Shown piece after piece: positions 38,933-48,381 of a stretch of DNA of 64,000 bases. Below the pieces are notes generated by a model, which was not told the origin of the DNA, did not search any database, and worked only from the letters and a program-made list of their open reading frames with translations. How positions within the stretch are numbered: the first letter of the stretch is position 1; each line of letters opens with the position of its first letter. The stretch is from the sequence record SRR20825006_1933, one strand, 5' to 3'. The translations under genes and the position numbers were made by a program.

Positions 38933-39688
38933 TCACCACCAACCGATCGAACCGGAAACCCGATCCATCCAGACTATCAGGATGGTTGATACCGAAATGG
39001 CCAGAAGCACAAACCCTGCACCGATCATAAAGGGGGCGCCCACAAATGCCACCATGAGCGACGGCAGCGCCTTGTTAATGAAACCGAGCGAGATGTTGTA
39101 GAGCAGGTTGATCGCCACAAAAGGCCAGGCAATCAGCACCGCGAACTTGATGGCATTGAACATGCCCTCAATGACGAAGGACTGGTCGAACTGTGTGAGC
39201 CCCCCAACCGGAATTTCGATATAGATTTCAGCGAGTCTGACGAACACGCTGACATGGTAGTCGGCCGACAAGAGCAGAACGGCACCCGCCATGGCCAACA
39301 TGTTCGAAACAACCGTCTGCGCTTCAGCATCCAGCGCAATGCCGAGCATTTGCGAAAGCCCGATCGTTTGGGCGATCAGTGATCCGGCCATGTTCAGAAT
39401 CCAGATGGATGTGCGTAGCAACACTCCGAGGCCCAGCCCGATTATGGTTTCCGCCCCCAGGAGACCGACAAAGTTCGCAATTGAGATGTCAACAGGCGCC
39501 GTCACGATGCCGGACATGGCAAACAGGGTGGCCACGCCTAGCAACAGGGACATCCGCACACGCATGGGCACGGTCTGGTCGCCAATACCCGGCATTAAAA
39601 AAATGACAAAGGTCAACCTGGCGACGATCAGCATGAAAAGGATAATCCAAGCCGAGAGCTGTGGCCCGATTGGAAGTCCTTCCAGCAT
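38933..39688 (-). CDS. fliR: Flagellar export protein FliR
   Basis: Hydrophobic; PGIGD..VPMRVR and GFINKALP motifs. Confidence 0.92.
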   Translation of the reverse strand: MLEGLPIGPQLSAWIILFMLIVARLTFVIFLMPGIGDQTVPMRVRMSLLLGVATLFAMSGIVTAPVDISIANFVGLLGAETIIGLGLGVLLRTSIWILNMAGSLIAQTIGLSQMLGIALDAEAQTVVSNMLAMAGAVLLLSADYHVSVFVRLAEIYIEIPVGGLTQFDQSFVIEGMFNAIKFAVLIAWPFVAINLLYNISLGFINKALPSLMVAFVGAPFMIGAGFVLLAISVSTILIVWMDRVSGSIGWW

Positions 39689-41766
39689 CAGACGACGCCG
39701 ACAATGTACGGCTTGCTCTTGGAACCGATTTCCTCATACGCCAGAACGGAATTGCGCACGCCTTTGCTCGCCAGAACAGTTTGCAGGAAACGTCGCCGCC
39801 GGGACGAGGTTGCCACAGAGGCAACGACACCTTTCTGGGCCATTTCGTTCAACTTGGCCTGCACCGCTGTCGTCAGTTCTCCAAACATTTCTGGCGGGAG
39901 GGCAATATCCGACCCGCCATCCTCGCGGGAGATTTCGTGCTCGTTGAATTTTTGTTCCCAGTTGGTGGAGAGCTGGAGTAATGGGAGGCGGCCTTGACCG
40001 TCCTGAAGGCGATCGACAATCTGGAATCCAAGCCGCTGTCGAACGAGTTCCACAATGCGCGACGGCGCGCTTGACTGGGCTTTGACCTCGGCAATTGTTT
40101 CAACAATCAGGAACAGGTTACGGATCGACACACGCTCCTCAAGCAGCAGGCGCAGCACTGACAAAAGCAGCTCTGGACTGACCTTCCCTGGGATGTACTC
40201 ATCTAGGAAGCGCCTGTTGGATGCCGCACGTTCGCTGTCACTGATATGAGTCAACGCATCCAGCGTGTCCAGCATGACCATGCGGGTAAAGACGAGTGTG
40301 AAGTTTGCCTGAATGACTTCGAGCATATGAGTCGCGAGAACTTCCGTAGGCTCGACTGCCGGGATCCCAGCAGCCGCCAGCTCTTGCTTCTTTGTACTTG
40401 GCAACCAACGCGCGGCTGCCTTGTAAACCGGCTCCTTGACCTTCTCTCCCTGGAGGTGTGGTAGTTGGCCATCCTCCATCAACGCCAAAAGCGATCCTGG
40501 ACGCACAAGACCTGTATCTACCCGCACACCTTGAATTCGAATACGGTATTCGTTCTTCGCAAGCGTTGGGTTGTCCGTCATCCTGATGGAAGGCAGTACG
40601 AAGCCATATTCTTCTGCAATATACCTTCGAATCTTGTCGATTCGGCTTTCGAAGCCACCTGCCCCCTGCAGCACCATGCCTACCAGATCTGGGGCAACCT
40701 CCAGGTGGATCTCGTCGGAGTGAATGGAGTCACCAATGACAAGGGCGGTTTTCGGCTCTTCAATTTCGTCGGCTTCCGCTTTCGCGACCTGGTCGCGCTC
40801 CCGCCGGCGAATATAGAATGATGCCGCCGCGAACGCCGCTGCAGCCAGCATGAAAGGAAGAAAAGGCAGGCCAGGAAACAGCGCGAAGATTGCGAGAATC
40901 CCTGACACGATCATCAGGGATGTGGCATTCGCGCCCAGTTGTGCGCCGAGCGCCAGATCGATTGCGCCGTCCTCCCGGCCTTTCGCCAGAAGCATTGCCG
41001 CCGAAACTGATACGATAACGGATGGGATTTGGGAGACAAGACCGTCCCCGACGGTCAGAATAGAATAGTTGTTCAGCGCCTGCGTGAAGCTGAGCCCGTG
41101 CGCAGCAAGGCCGAAGCCTACGCCCGCAACGAGGTTCAAGGCGGTGATGAGCAAGCCGGCGATCGCATCGCCCTTCACGAACTTTGACGCACCGTCCAGT
41201 GAACCCAAGAAGGAAGCTTCTTCCTGCTCCTTCTGACGACGGTTGCGCGCCTCTTCATGACTGATAGCACCGACAGCCAAATCGGCATCGATGGCCATCT
41301 GCTTGCCCGGCATCGCGTCCAAAGCAAACCGCGCACCGACCTCTGCCATTCGGCCGGCGCCTTTGGTGATGACCATGAAGTTCACAATGACCAGCACCGC
41401 GAACACAACCAAGCCTACAAACAGGTTTCCGCCCATGATGAACATGGCGAAGCCTTCGATGACATTGCCGGCAGCGTCGGTACCCGTATGGCCTTGGCTG
41501 ATGATCAGCTTGGTAGATGATACGTTCAGCGCCAAACGCAGCATCAGCGAGGCCAGAAGAACGCTCGGGAATGACGAAAAGTCCAAGGGCTTTTCGATAA
41601 AGATACTGGTCGTGAATATCAGAATGGCAAACGCAAAGGACGCCGTGAGACCGATGTCCATGACCCAAGCCGGGACCGGTAGCACCATGATGAGAATAAT
41701 TGCCATCAAGCCGATCGCAAGGATGGCGGTCGGCTTTGACAAATCGAAGAAGCGTGAGGTCGGCAT
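39688..41766 (-). CDS. flhA: Flagellar export protein FlhA
   Basis: RMAEVGARFALDAMPGKQMAIDADL and DGASKFVKGDAIAG motifs. Confidence 0.97.
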   Translation of the reverse strand: MPTSRFFDLSKPTAILAIGLMAIILIMVLPVPAWVMDIGLTASFAFAILIFTTSIFIEKPLDFSSFPSVLLASLMLRLALNVSSTKLIISQGHTGTDAAGNVIEGFAMFIMGGNLFVGLVVFAVLVIVNFMVITKGAGRMAEVGARFALDAMPGKQMAIDADLAVGAISHEEARNRRQKEQEEASFLGSLDGASKFVKGDAIAGLLITALNLVAGVGFGLAAHGLSFTQALNNYSILTVGDGLVSQIPSVIVSVSAAMLLAKGREDGAIDLALGAQLGANATSLMIVSGILAIFALFPGLPFLPFMLAAAAFAAASFYIRRRERDQVAKAEADEIEEPKTALVIGDSIHSDEIHLEVAPDLVGMVLQGAGGFESRIDKIRRYIAEEYGFVLPSIRMTDNPTLAKNEYRIRIQGVRVDTGLVRPGSLLALMEDGQLPHLQGEKVKEPVYKAAARWLPSTKKQELAAAGIPAVEPTEVLATHMLEVIQANFTLVFTRMVMLDTLDALTHISDSERAASNRRFLDEYIPGKVSPELLLSVLRLLLEERVSIRNLFLIVETIAEVKAQSSAPSRIVELVRQRLGFQIVDRLQDGQGRLPLLQLSTNWEQKFNEHEISREDGGSDIALPPEMFGELTTAVQAKLNEMAQKGVVASVATSSRRRRFLQTVLASKGVRNSVLAYEEIGSKSKPYIVGVV

Positions 41767-41773
41767 GGAGGCC

Positions 41774-42037
41774 CTAATTCGAAATCATGGGGAGAACGGT
41801 ATTGTTGAAGAAATCAAGGCAAATTCGGGTCATGTACCCAAGCGACAGGAAGAACACGACAACGACGGCCAGAATCTTGGGCACGAAGGTAAGCGTCATT
41901 TCCTGAATGGAGGTGAGCGCCTGTAGCAAGCCAATCACAAAACCAAGCACCAGCGTGACCGCAAGAATGGGCAGCGCCATCATAGCGGCCGCCCAGAGCG
42001 CACCGCGAAGCACTTCAAAGATCGCGAGTTCGGTCAT
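41774..42037 (-). CDS. fliQ: Flagellar export protein FliQ
   Basis: QALTSIQEMTLTFVPK motif. Confidence 0.95.
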   Translation of the reverse strand: MTELAIFEVLRGALWAAAMMALPILAVTLVLGFVIGLLQALTSIQEMTLTFVPKILAVVVVFFLSLGYMTRICLDFFNNTVLPMISN

Positions 42038-42052
42038 GTATAGCCGCCCTGA

Positions 42053-42349
42053 TCAGACCGGCATCCGAAGCAATTCCTGATAGGCTTCAACGACCTTGTC
42101 CCGAACAGTCACGGCGGCATCGAGGACCAACTCGGCCTGAGCTAGCGCTTCGACCATGGCGTGGGGGTCCGCGCCGGACACAGCCGTCTGCATGGCTGTT
42201 TGCTCAGCCTCTTGTAGAGCAGCCTTGAAGGTCGAGAACCCCTCTGCCACCCCCGACTTTTCGGCCGGGCTTGTTGCTGGCTTGTCAGAAACCTGGGTCG
42301 GCTTGACCGAACCGAGCGCTGCGTATGCACTGAAGCTTACATTGGACAT
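42053..42349 (-). CDS. fliE: Hook-basal body protein FliE
   Basis: VRDKVVEAYQELLRMPV C-terminus. Confidence 0.93.
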   Translation of the reverse strand: MSNVSFSAYAALGSVKPTQVSDKPATSPAEKSGVAEGFSTFKAALQEAEQTAMQTAVSGADPHAMVEALAQAELVLDAAVTVRDKVVEAYQELLRMPV

Positions 42350-42360
42350 TCTGCCCCCCT

Positions 42361-42744
42361 TTAACGCCTGAGAATATCGAGAAGTGACTGGTACATGCTT
42401 CGCGCCTGCCGGAACGAGTTCAGGTTGGCCTCATACCCGCGGTTCGCTTCGCGCATATCAGCCATTTCAGTGACCAGCGACACGTTGGACGCCGTCACAT
42501 ATCCTTCGGCATCCGCCAGCGGGCTAGCCGGATCGTAACTGCGCTCGCCTTCGGTTTCATCGAGCTCGACCCGTGTCGCAATGAAGGCGTCAGCGGCAGT
42601 CGGGGCCTGCTCAATGGACAAAATCTTGCGACGGTAACCAGGCGTGTCGGCATTCGAGACGTTCTGGGAGGAGATGTCGATCCGTTTCGACTGGAGTTGC
42701 ATACCGGAGACGGCTTGCATCATCGTGGCTTTGAGCGAGTCCAT
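42361..42744 (-). CDS. flgC: Rod protein FlgC
   Basis: NVSNADTPGY, YDP.SPLAD.EGYV and EMADMREANRGYEAN motifs. Confidence 0.93.
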   Translation of the reverse strand: MDSLKATMMQAVSGMQLQSKRIDISSQNVSNADTPGYRRKILSIEQAPTAADAFIATRVELDETEGERSYDPASPLADAEGYVTASNVSLVTEMADMREANRGYEANLNSFRQARSMYQSLLDILRR

Positions 42745-42747
42745 GAA

Positions 42748-43110
42748 TTACCCTTTCCGGCCAATGGCTGTGCGAAGCAGGTCGAGCGACTTAGTGTAGA
42801 CTGACAGCGCCATCTCGTGCTGACCCTGCGCGTCGGTTGCGCGGAACATTTCGAGCTCGAGGTTTACAGAGTTCCCGTTGGGCGAGTTTGCGAAATCTAT
42901 CTCGAACGTCTTGAAAGCTGGGTCGCCGGTATCGACGGCTCCGCTTGATGCAGCTCGCGCGAGAAAGTCCTGAAAGGCTTCGACATGTTGCGCCTTGTAA
43001 TCAGGATCGTTGGCATGGGCGATATTTGTCGCCGATACTTTCTGGCTCTCAGCAGCATGGCGCGCCATGGCGCTGTAAACATTCAGGACATCCAGATTGA
43101 GAATCGCCAC
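42748..43110 (-). CDS. flgB: Rod protein FlgB
   Basis: NIAHANDPDYKA and PNGNSVNLELEM; GTG start with SD AGGAG. Confidence 0.88.
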   Translation of the reverse strand: MAILNLDVLNVYSAMARHAAESQKVSATNIAHANDPDYKAQHVEAFQDFLARAASSGAVDTGDPAFKTFEIDFANSPNGNSVNLELEMFRATDAQGQHEMALSVYTKSLDLLRTAIGRKG

Positions 43111-43155
43111 AGAATCGCTCCTAGTTAATACTTTGGAAGAATTGCCGGGGTAATT

Positions 43156-43171
43156 TGAAGAAAGAGTTAAC
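43156..43171 (+). promoter_or_regulatory. CtrA-like box in the flgB/fliI divergent region
   Basis: TGAA-gaaagag-TTAAC (one mismatch). Confidence 0.55.
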
Positions 43172-43192
43172 GAATAGGCGAGATCTGTTTAC

Positions 43193-44515
43193 TTGTTGCA
43201 TCCGACCCCCAATTTTCCTGATCGCCTGCACCGAATCTGGGGAACCGTCACGGAGGTATCTCCGGGACTGATCCTGATTGGCGGAATCAGCGAGTTTGCT
43301 CGCCTGGGAAATGAAATTCGGGTTCGCACGCGTCAGGGTGAAGTATTCGGAGAAGTGCTCGCCGTCTCCGGCGGTCACGTGAAAGCGATGCTTTACGGTG
43401 AATCTGATGCAATCCAAATTGGCGATCGAGCAGTGCTGGAGCAAGAAGCTTATGTCGAGCCCGGCGATCATTGGCTCGGCAAAATTGTGGACTACCGAGG
43501 CACGATTTCCGGTGAAAGCGCCATAGTACCTGCCGGCAACACCACCCGTCGCCCGCTAAGAGCACCACCTCCGGCGAACACAACCCGCAAAAGCCTCGGC
43601 CAGCGCCTTTCCACCGGGTGGATGATCACCGATACGATTCTACCAATCTGCCAAGGTCAGAGAATGGGCTTGTTTGCTGGGTCGGGCGTCGGCAAATCTA
43701 CCTTCCTCGGCTCGCTCGCCGCTGGCGTGAAAGCAGATCGCGTAGTCATAGCCCTGATCGGCGAACGCAGCCGGGAAGTGAATGAGTTCGTCCATAAGAC
43801 TCTACCCAAAGACGTCCTGTCCCGAACGGTCATTGTAGCTGCGACTGCCAATGACCCACCCGGAGCCAAGAAACGCGCCGCGCTCTGCGCGATCGCGACT
43901 GCGGAACATTTTCGGGATGAGGGGCACCAGGTCCTTTTCCTGTTTGATTCCATCACACGTTTTGCCGAAGCACATCGTGAAGTATCTCTCTCGGCTGGAG
44001 AGACTCCCGCCCTCAACGCCTTTCCACCGTCAACCGTACGCGCCATTGCAGAAGTCGCGGAACGGACCGGCCCTGGTGCGCAAGGCCAAGGTGATATTAC
44101 CGCAATCTTTTCCGTCCTGGTGGCTGGATCGGATATGGAAGAGCCCGTAGCAGACATGGTCCGTGGGGTTCTGGATGGTCATATCATCCTGTCGCGGGAG
44201 ATATCCGAACGCGGACGGTATCCCGCTATTGATGTCTTGCGCAGTGTCTCGAGATGCCTGCCAGATGCGGCCAAACCAGATGAAAACAAAATCATCAAGG
44301 ATTACCGACGGACGATTGCACTCTATGAAGAAATCGCGCCGATGCTGCGCGCCAATCTGTATGAGCGAGGACATGACGCAGCCGGAGATCGATCCATCCA
44401 ACGCTTCCCGCAGCTGGACAATTTCGTTTCAGAGCCGAATACTGGACATATCCCACAAGCCTTCCAGCACCTTCAGGACCTGTTGGACCCTGTTGAGGCC
44501 GCCGAAAAATCCTAG
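43193..44515 (+). CDS. fliI: Flagellar export ATPase FliI
   Basis: FAGSGVGKS, LIGERSREV, DSITRFA, LDGHIILSR and YPAIDV motifs. Confidence 0.95.
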   Translation: MLHPTPNFPDRLHRIWGTVTEVSPGLILIGGISEFARLGNEIRVRTRQGEVFGEVLAVSGGHVKAMLYGESDAIQIGDRAVLEQEAYVEPGDHWLGKIVDYRGTISGESAIVPAGNTTRRPLRAPPPANTTRKSLGQRLSTGWMITDTILPICQGQRMGLFAGSGVGKSTFLGSLAAGVKADRVVIALIGERSREVNEFVHKTLPKDVLSRTVIVAATANDPPGAKKRAALCAIATAEHFRDEGHQVLFLFDSITRFAEAHREVSLSAGETPALNAFPPSTVRAIAEVAERTGPGAQGQGDITAIFSVLVAGSDMEEPVADMVRGVLDGHIILSREISERGRYPAIDVLRSVSRCLPDAAKPDENKIIKDYRRTIALYEEIAPMLRANLYERGHDAAGDRSIQRFPQLDNFVSEPNTGHIPQAFQHLQDLLDPVEAAEKS

Positions 44516-45354
44516 CTGGACACGATGCTGAGAAACAGGTTTTGGCTGGCGGTCGATCCGAAGCCAGCTGCATTATTCAGAAGCGTCAACGCCACAGATC
44601 CGGAGGAAAGCGAGGACTGGCCATTGGCGATCGAGTCCATCGTGTGAAAGCGTTGGATTACCTTGTCCATGACGTCCTCATTGGCCAAGTCTGTTATCTT
44701 GCTGATAGAAAAGACGCTCAATACGCGCTCTTTCAGAATATCTGCCTGCTGGTCGACGTCCAACTGCTGCCAAGAAGTGGGTAAATTCAGCGCTGTCTCG
44801 AAAACAGTTCGAGTCGGAACATCCCCCAGAATACGATAGAGGTTCGCAGAATCGCTCGATTCTTCTCGAACAAGGTCGCCAATCTTCGCCTGGAAATTCA
44901 GACTAAGCTTCATGTTATTATCAACATCGCCAACGGCGGAACGGAAAGAGGCCAGCTCAAAGTTATCTGACAGCGTCGAAATCGTATCCGAGGACAGCGA
45001 AATCTTGCCGTCATTCACCGCGAAAGTGGTGGCAAAGTTTGTATATGCCTGATTGTTCAGACGGGTCAGGAACGTACTGTCGGGATCAGCTTGCTCATCC
45101 ATCACATGACGAATGTAACCGACTTTCCACTCCTCTCCCCCAAGATCAAACGCCGTAAGGGAGATGCGGAGGAGCCGCTTGTCGGACAGAAAGTCTTCCA
45201 TCGCGATTGGCGACGACATCTTTTCTTGAAAGTATTCGCGGTCATTCTTGATACTGGCAGAGTCAGTGAACCCCTCCATCTGCTTATCAAGCGTGGATTC
45301 CAGGAACTTCCACCCGCCATATCCTGTGATCGGGATGACCGGCTGATAGACCAT
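44512..45354 (-). CDS. DUF1217-family flagellar-locus protein
   Basis: G..GWKFLE.T...Q, D.RLLRISLTAFDL and RTVFETALNLP; located downstream of flbT. Confidence 0.75.
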   Translation of the reverse strand: MVYQPVIPITGYGGWKFLESTLDKQMEGFTDSASIKNDREYFQEKMSSPIAMEDFLSDKRLLRISLTAFDLGGEEWKVGYIRHVMDEQADPDSTFLTRLNNQAYTNFATTFAVNDGKISLSSDTISTLSDNFELASFRSAVGDVDNNMKLSLNFQAKIGDLVREESSDSANLYRILGDVPTRTVFETALNLPTSWQQLDVDQQADILKERVLSVFSISKITDLANEDVMDKVIQRFHTMDSIANGQSSLSSGSVALTLLNNAAGFGSTASQNLFLSIVSS

Positions 45355-45355
45355 G

Positions 45356-45790
45356 TCAGGCGACCTGCGCCTGTTCAGCAAACTGTGGTTTCAAACTAGC
45401 GACTTTTAACAGTTCCGCCTCGATCGCAATGATATTGCGCAGGTGGCACAGGGCGGAATAGAAATTTCCGCGATCCAGCATAGAACGCAAAACACTCAGC
45501 AATTTACGGTCGATGGTTTCGAATACGTCATCTAGCCGAGCGCATTCTTCCAGAATGGCTGGCAGGACGTCTGCTTCGTTCAGATCGCCCGTGATGATCA
45601 ATTGGATTGCATAATATACGCGCTTGGTTGGCGTATCGACTTCTTGAGGTTTCATCGCATCGCGACAGCGCAAAATTCGAGCGTTATCATCGACCACACG
45701 GACCGTGGAAGGCTTGTCCCCATTCTCCAACGTGGCTCCGTTTACGACAAAGCGCTCACCCGCTGCGAGTTTGAGTACAAGTCCTGACAT
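45356..45790 (-). CDS. flbT: Flagellin translational regulator FlbT
   Basis: MSGLVLKL..GERFVVNGATLENG, TPTKRVYY and FYSAL motifs. Confidence 0.92.
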   Translation of the reverse strand: MSGLVLKLAAGERFVVNGATLENGDKPSTVRVVDDNARILRCRDAMKPQEVDTPTKRVYYAIQLIITGDLNEADVLPAILEECARLDDVFETIDRKLLSVLRSMLDRGNFYSALCHLRNIIAIEAELLKVASLKPQFAEQAQVA

Positions 45791-46179
45791 TATTCTGCCG
45801 CCACATTCGCAGGCGAGGTCGATTGTCCTTCCAGGCCCTGCATAATTATTTCGTTGATCTCGACCAGTTCCGTAATCTCTGCCTTGCGCGCGAGAACCTG
45901 GTAGCTGATCTGGCGAACGGACTCAGAGAGCGCAATGAGATTGCGCTTGAGCGTTGGGTCCAACTCGTTGGCGTCGCTCATCAGGTCAGTTGAAAGAATT
46001 TGCCAGAGTTTCATGTTGCGATCAATTGCGTCGGCCCAGACTGCGGGCGCCGGCATTTCGACCTCGTCAACATTCTTAAGTGCCTGCGTGATATCCTGAA
46101 ACAGGGCGTATTCAATCTGCCCGGTATTGGCAGTGCGGCTGGTGACCTCACCATATGCCTTGTAAGCCAGTTGTTGCAT
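45790..46179 (-). CDS. flaF: Flagellar regulator/chaperone FlaF
   Basis: N.KLW..L..DL...ANEL...LK.NLI.L and L.EINE.IM.GL motifs. Confidence 0.9.
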   Translation of the reverse strand: MQQLAYKAYGEVTSRTANTGQIEYALFQDITQALKNVDEVEMPAPAVWADAIDRNMKLWQILSTDLMSDANELDPTLKRNLIALSESVRQISYQVLARKAEITELVEINEIIMQGLEGQSTSPANVAAE

Positions 46180-46206
46180 GCACCCTCTCTAGTGTTGGTA
46201 GTAAGC

Positions 46207-46236
46207 GGATCCAGGCGCCAATCAGCGCCTGGATCC
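46207..46236 (-). repeat. Perfect 12-bp inverted repeat (hairpin) between flagellin and flaF
   Basis: GGATCCAGGCGC-caatca-GCGCCTGGATCC; no poly-U tail. Confidence 0.85.
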
Positions 46237-46244
46237 TATTGGTA

Positions 46245-47852
46245 TTATCTGAACAGCGACAGGAGTGTCTGCGGGTTCGAGTTCGCAATCGACAGCGCCT
46301 GAACGCCGAGCTGCTGCTGAACCTGCAGGGCCTGAAGCTTGGCCGAAGCCGCTTCGATGTCCGCATCGACCATGGCGCCGATACCGGCGGTCATCGAGTC
46401 GATCAGTGTCTGAACGAATTCGCCCTGACCTTCGATCTGGGTCTGAGCCGAACCGAATGCCGTCGCAGCGTTGATTGCCGTATCGAGCAGGTCTTCGATC
46501 GTGTTCAGAGCCGTCGTGGCATCTTCGGTGGTTGCAACACTCAGGTCAGCAATGGCACCAAGACCACCGGCAGCAACTGCGGCATCCTGGGATGCGAGAC
46601 CGGAAGTGAAGAATTCGACATCGTCACCATCGGCAGTCAGCGTGATCGTCGCGGCTTCAGTTGCCGGATCAGAAGCTTCCGAGACTTCAACAGTCAGGTT
46701 CGTCACGCCTGCCCCGCTATTGAGTTCGCCGATAGCATCATTCAGGCCGTTTACAACATCGTTGTTCGTATCACCCTCAAGGGCAGTATAGGTAACGCTA
46801 GAGCCTCCCACTTCAATCGTGAAAGTATCCCCCGCAGTGATCGTACCCCCGGCAACAGTCACAGCCACCGAATCGCCATCAGAAATTACTGATTCAGAAC
46901 GCGTTGAGTCGATGTTCTCGACGGTCAACTGGTTGCCACTGGACGCCGACAACACGAGTGTTGAGTCGTCGGAAGATGGATCGGCACCAGGTGTTGCAAC
47001 CACGCCATCGAAATTCGTGAGAGGGGTCGCAGCGTGCGCAGCAGTAATATCTGCCGCAAGCTGGTTCACTACCGTGGCAAGTGTGTCGCCTTCCTGAACC
47101 GTATAGTCGAACGTAGTTCCAGAAACATCGAGCGAGAAGACATCACCAACGGAAAGGTCGCCTGCGGTAAAGGTGAGCGTCGCATCACCACCCGACGTGG
47201 TTTGGTCGGAAGTCAAGCCGGTAGCAGCAACGAAGCCAGCCTGACCTGAAGCGATCGACGGGTCACTCACAGTCGGCGAGTCAGCGGTCGACAGGAAGCC
47301 AGCGTCACCCGACACCTTGTCCGCGGCTTCAACAGCTGCGTTCGTCTGCAGGTCCTGACGGGCGACCGTGATGGACGTCGCAGAGACCGAACCATCCGAA
47401 CCGCGGTCGAGGGAGGCGAGAATGCTGATGCTCTCACTACCCTGCAGCAGGTTCTGGCCGTTGAACTGAGCGGCGTTGACGATGTTGCTGATCGCGGTGC
47501 GCTTGGCATCGATATCCGTCTGGATCTTCGCACGGTCGTCAGCATTCAGATCTTCCTGAGCGGAAACGATCAGGTTTTTCATGTCCTGCAGAAGGCTGGT
47601 GACCTGCTCGGAAGCGGCACGGGCGACGCCCACAGTCGAAGAACCCTTGTTCAGGGAGTCTGTGATTTGGTTAAAGCTGTCTACGTCCGTCGACATGACG
47701 GTCGAGATAGCCCAGATGGCGGCGTTGTCTTTTGCAGTGGCAACTTTTTTACCGGTCGAAATCTCGGACTGGACTGTCTCGAGGTTGCTGTTGATTCCGC
47801 GCAGAGTCTGCAGCGCAACCATCGCACTATTATTAGTCAGAATACTGGACAT
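46245..47852 (-). CDS. fliC: Flagellin (535 aa, large variable region)
   Basis: MSSILTNNSAMVALQTLR N-terminus; VDADIE..SAKLQALQVQQQLG.QALSIAN..LLSLFR C-terminus. Confidence 0.97.
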   Translation of the reverse strand: MSSILTNNSAMVALQTLRGINSNLETVQSEISTGKKVATAKDNAAIWAISTVMSTDVDSFNQITDSLNKGSSTVGVARAASEQVTSLLQDMKNLIVSAQEDLNADDRAKIQTDIDAKRTAISNIVNAAQFNGQNLLQGSESISILASLDRGSDGSVSATSITVARQDLQTNAAVEAADKVSGDAGFLSTADSPTVSDPSIASGQAGFVAATGLTSDQTTSGGDATLTFTAGDLSVGDVFSLDVSGTTFDYTVQEGDTLATVVNQLAADITAAHAATPLTNFDGVVATPGADPSSDDSTLVLSASSGNQLTVENIDSTRSESVISDGDSVAVTVAGGTITAGDTFTIEVGGSSVTYTALEGDTNNDVVNGLNDAIGELNSGAGVTNLTVEVSEASDPATEAATITLTADGDDVEFFTSGLASQDAAVAAGGLGAIADLSVATTEDATTALNTIEDLLDTAINAATAFGSAQTQIEGQGEFVQTLIDSMTAGIGAMVDADIEAASAKLQALQVQQQLGVQALSIANSNPQTLLSLFR

Positions 47853-47997
47853 TTTGAATGTACCCCATGTTCGTCAGGCGAGCGGCTATGTCGCTGCCTA
47901 GGTTCGATCTCACGTCGTCCTGACGTCGGGAATTCCCGCAACCCATCTTGGTTCGCCGTAACTGAGTATACAGGACCCGTGTACAATCAGTTAACCG

Positions 47998-48381
47998 TCA
48001 TGCCTTCTTAAGATAATTCCCGGTGGCGTTTGAAAATGGAGTTTGCAATCCATTGGATTGATAGGCGCCGACATAGGAGTCCTGAGATACACGGCCTAGC
48101 CGGGTAACCATGTTCTGAAGGCCATTCTGAACCGCGCGGAAGTGAATGGAGTTCTCGCTTGCTGCCTGTATAATACCCCTGAGACGAGCTTGAATGGTCT
48201 CCGCTCGCAGCAGCTGACCAGCTTCCTGCAGCAAAGCCTCGAAAGCCGCAATGGCTTGGACCTTCTCTTCAGACAGTTCCACGACACGGTGAACTTGGCC
48301 CGAGAGGAGCAGATGCTTCTCGGCTGACAGGACGCCTTCAATCCGAGACATGATGTGTTGAGCGTGCGTGGTGTCAGTCAT
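47998..48381 (-). CDS. FlgN-like chaperone (putative)
   Basis: Helical L..E..LL..G..K pattern with A.EN and a C-terminal Y...G; downstream of flgJ. Confidence 0.55.
   Translation of the reverse strand: MTDTTHAQHIMSRIEGVLSAEKHLLLSGQVHRVVELSEEKVQAIAAFEALLQEAGQLLRAETIQARLRGIIQAASENSIHFRAVQNGLQNMVTRLGRVSQDSYVGAYQSNGLQTPFSNATGNYLKKA

Noticed and set aside
37842-44515. Virulence injectisome (non-flagellar T3SS)
   Set aside because: The export genes are embedded with rod, hook, ring, stator and flagellin genes, so the system is flagellar.
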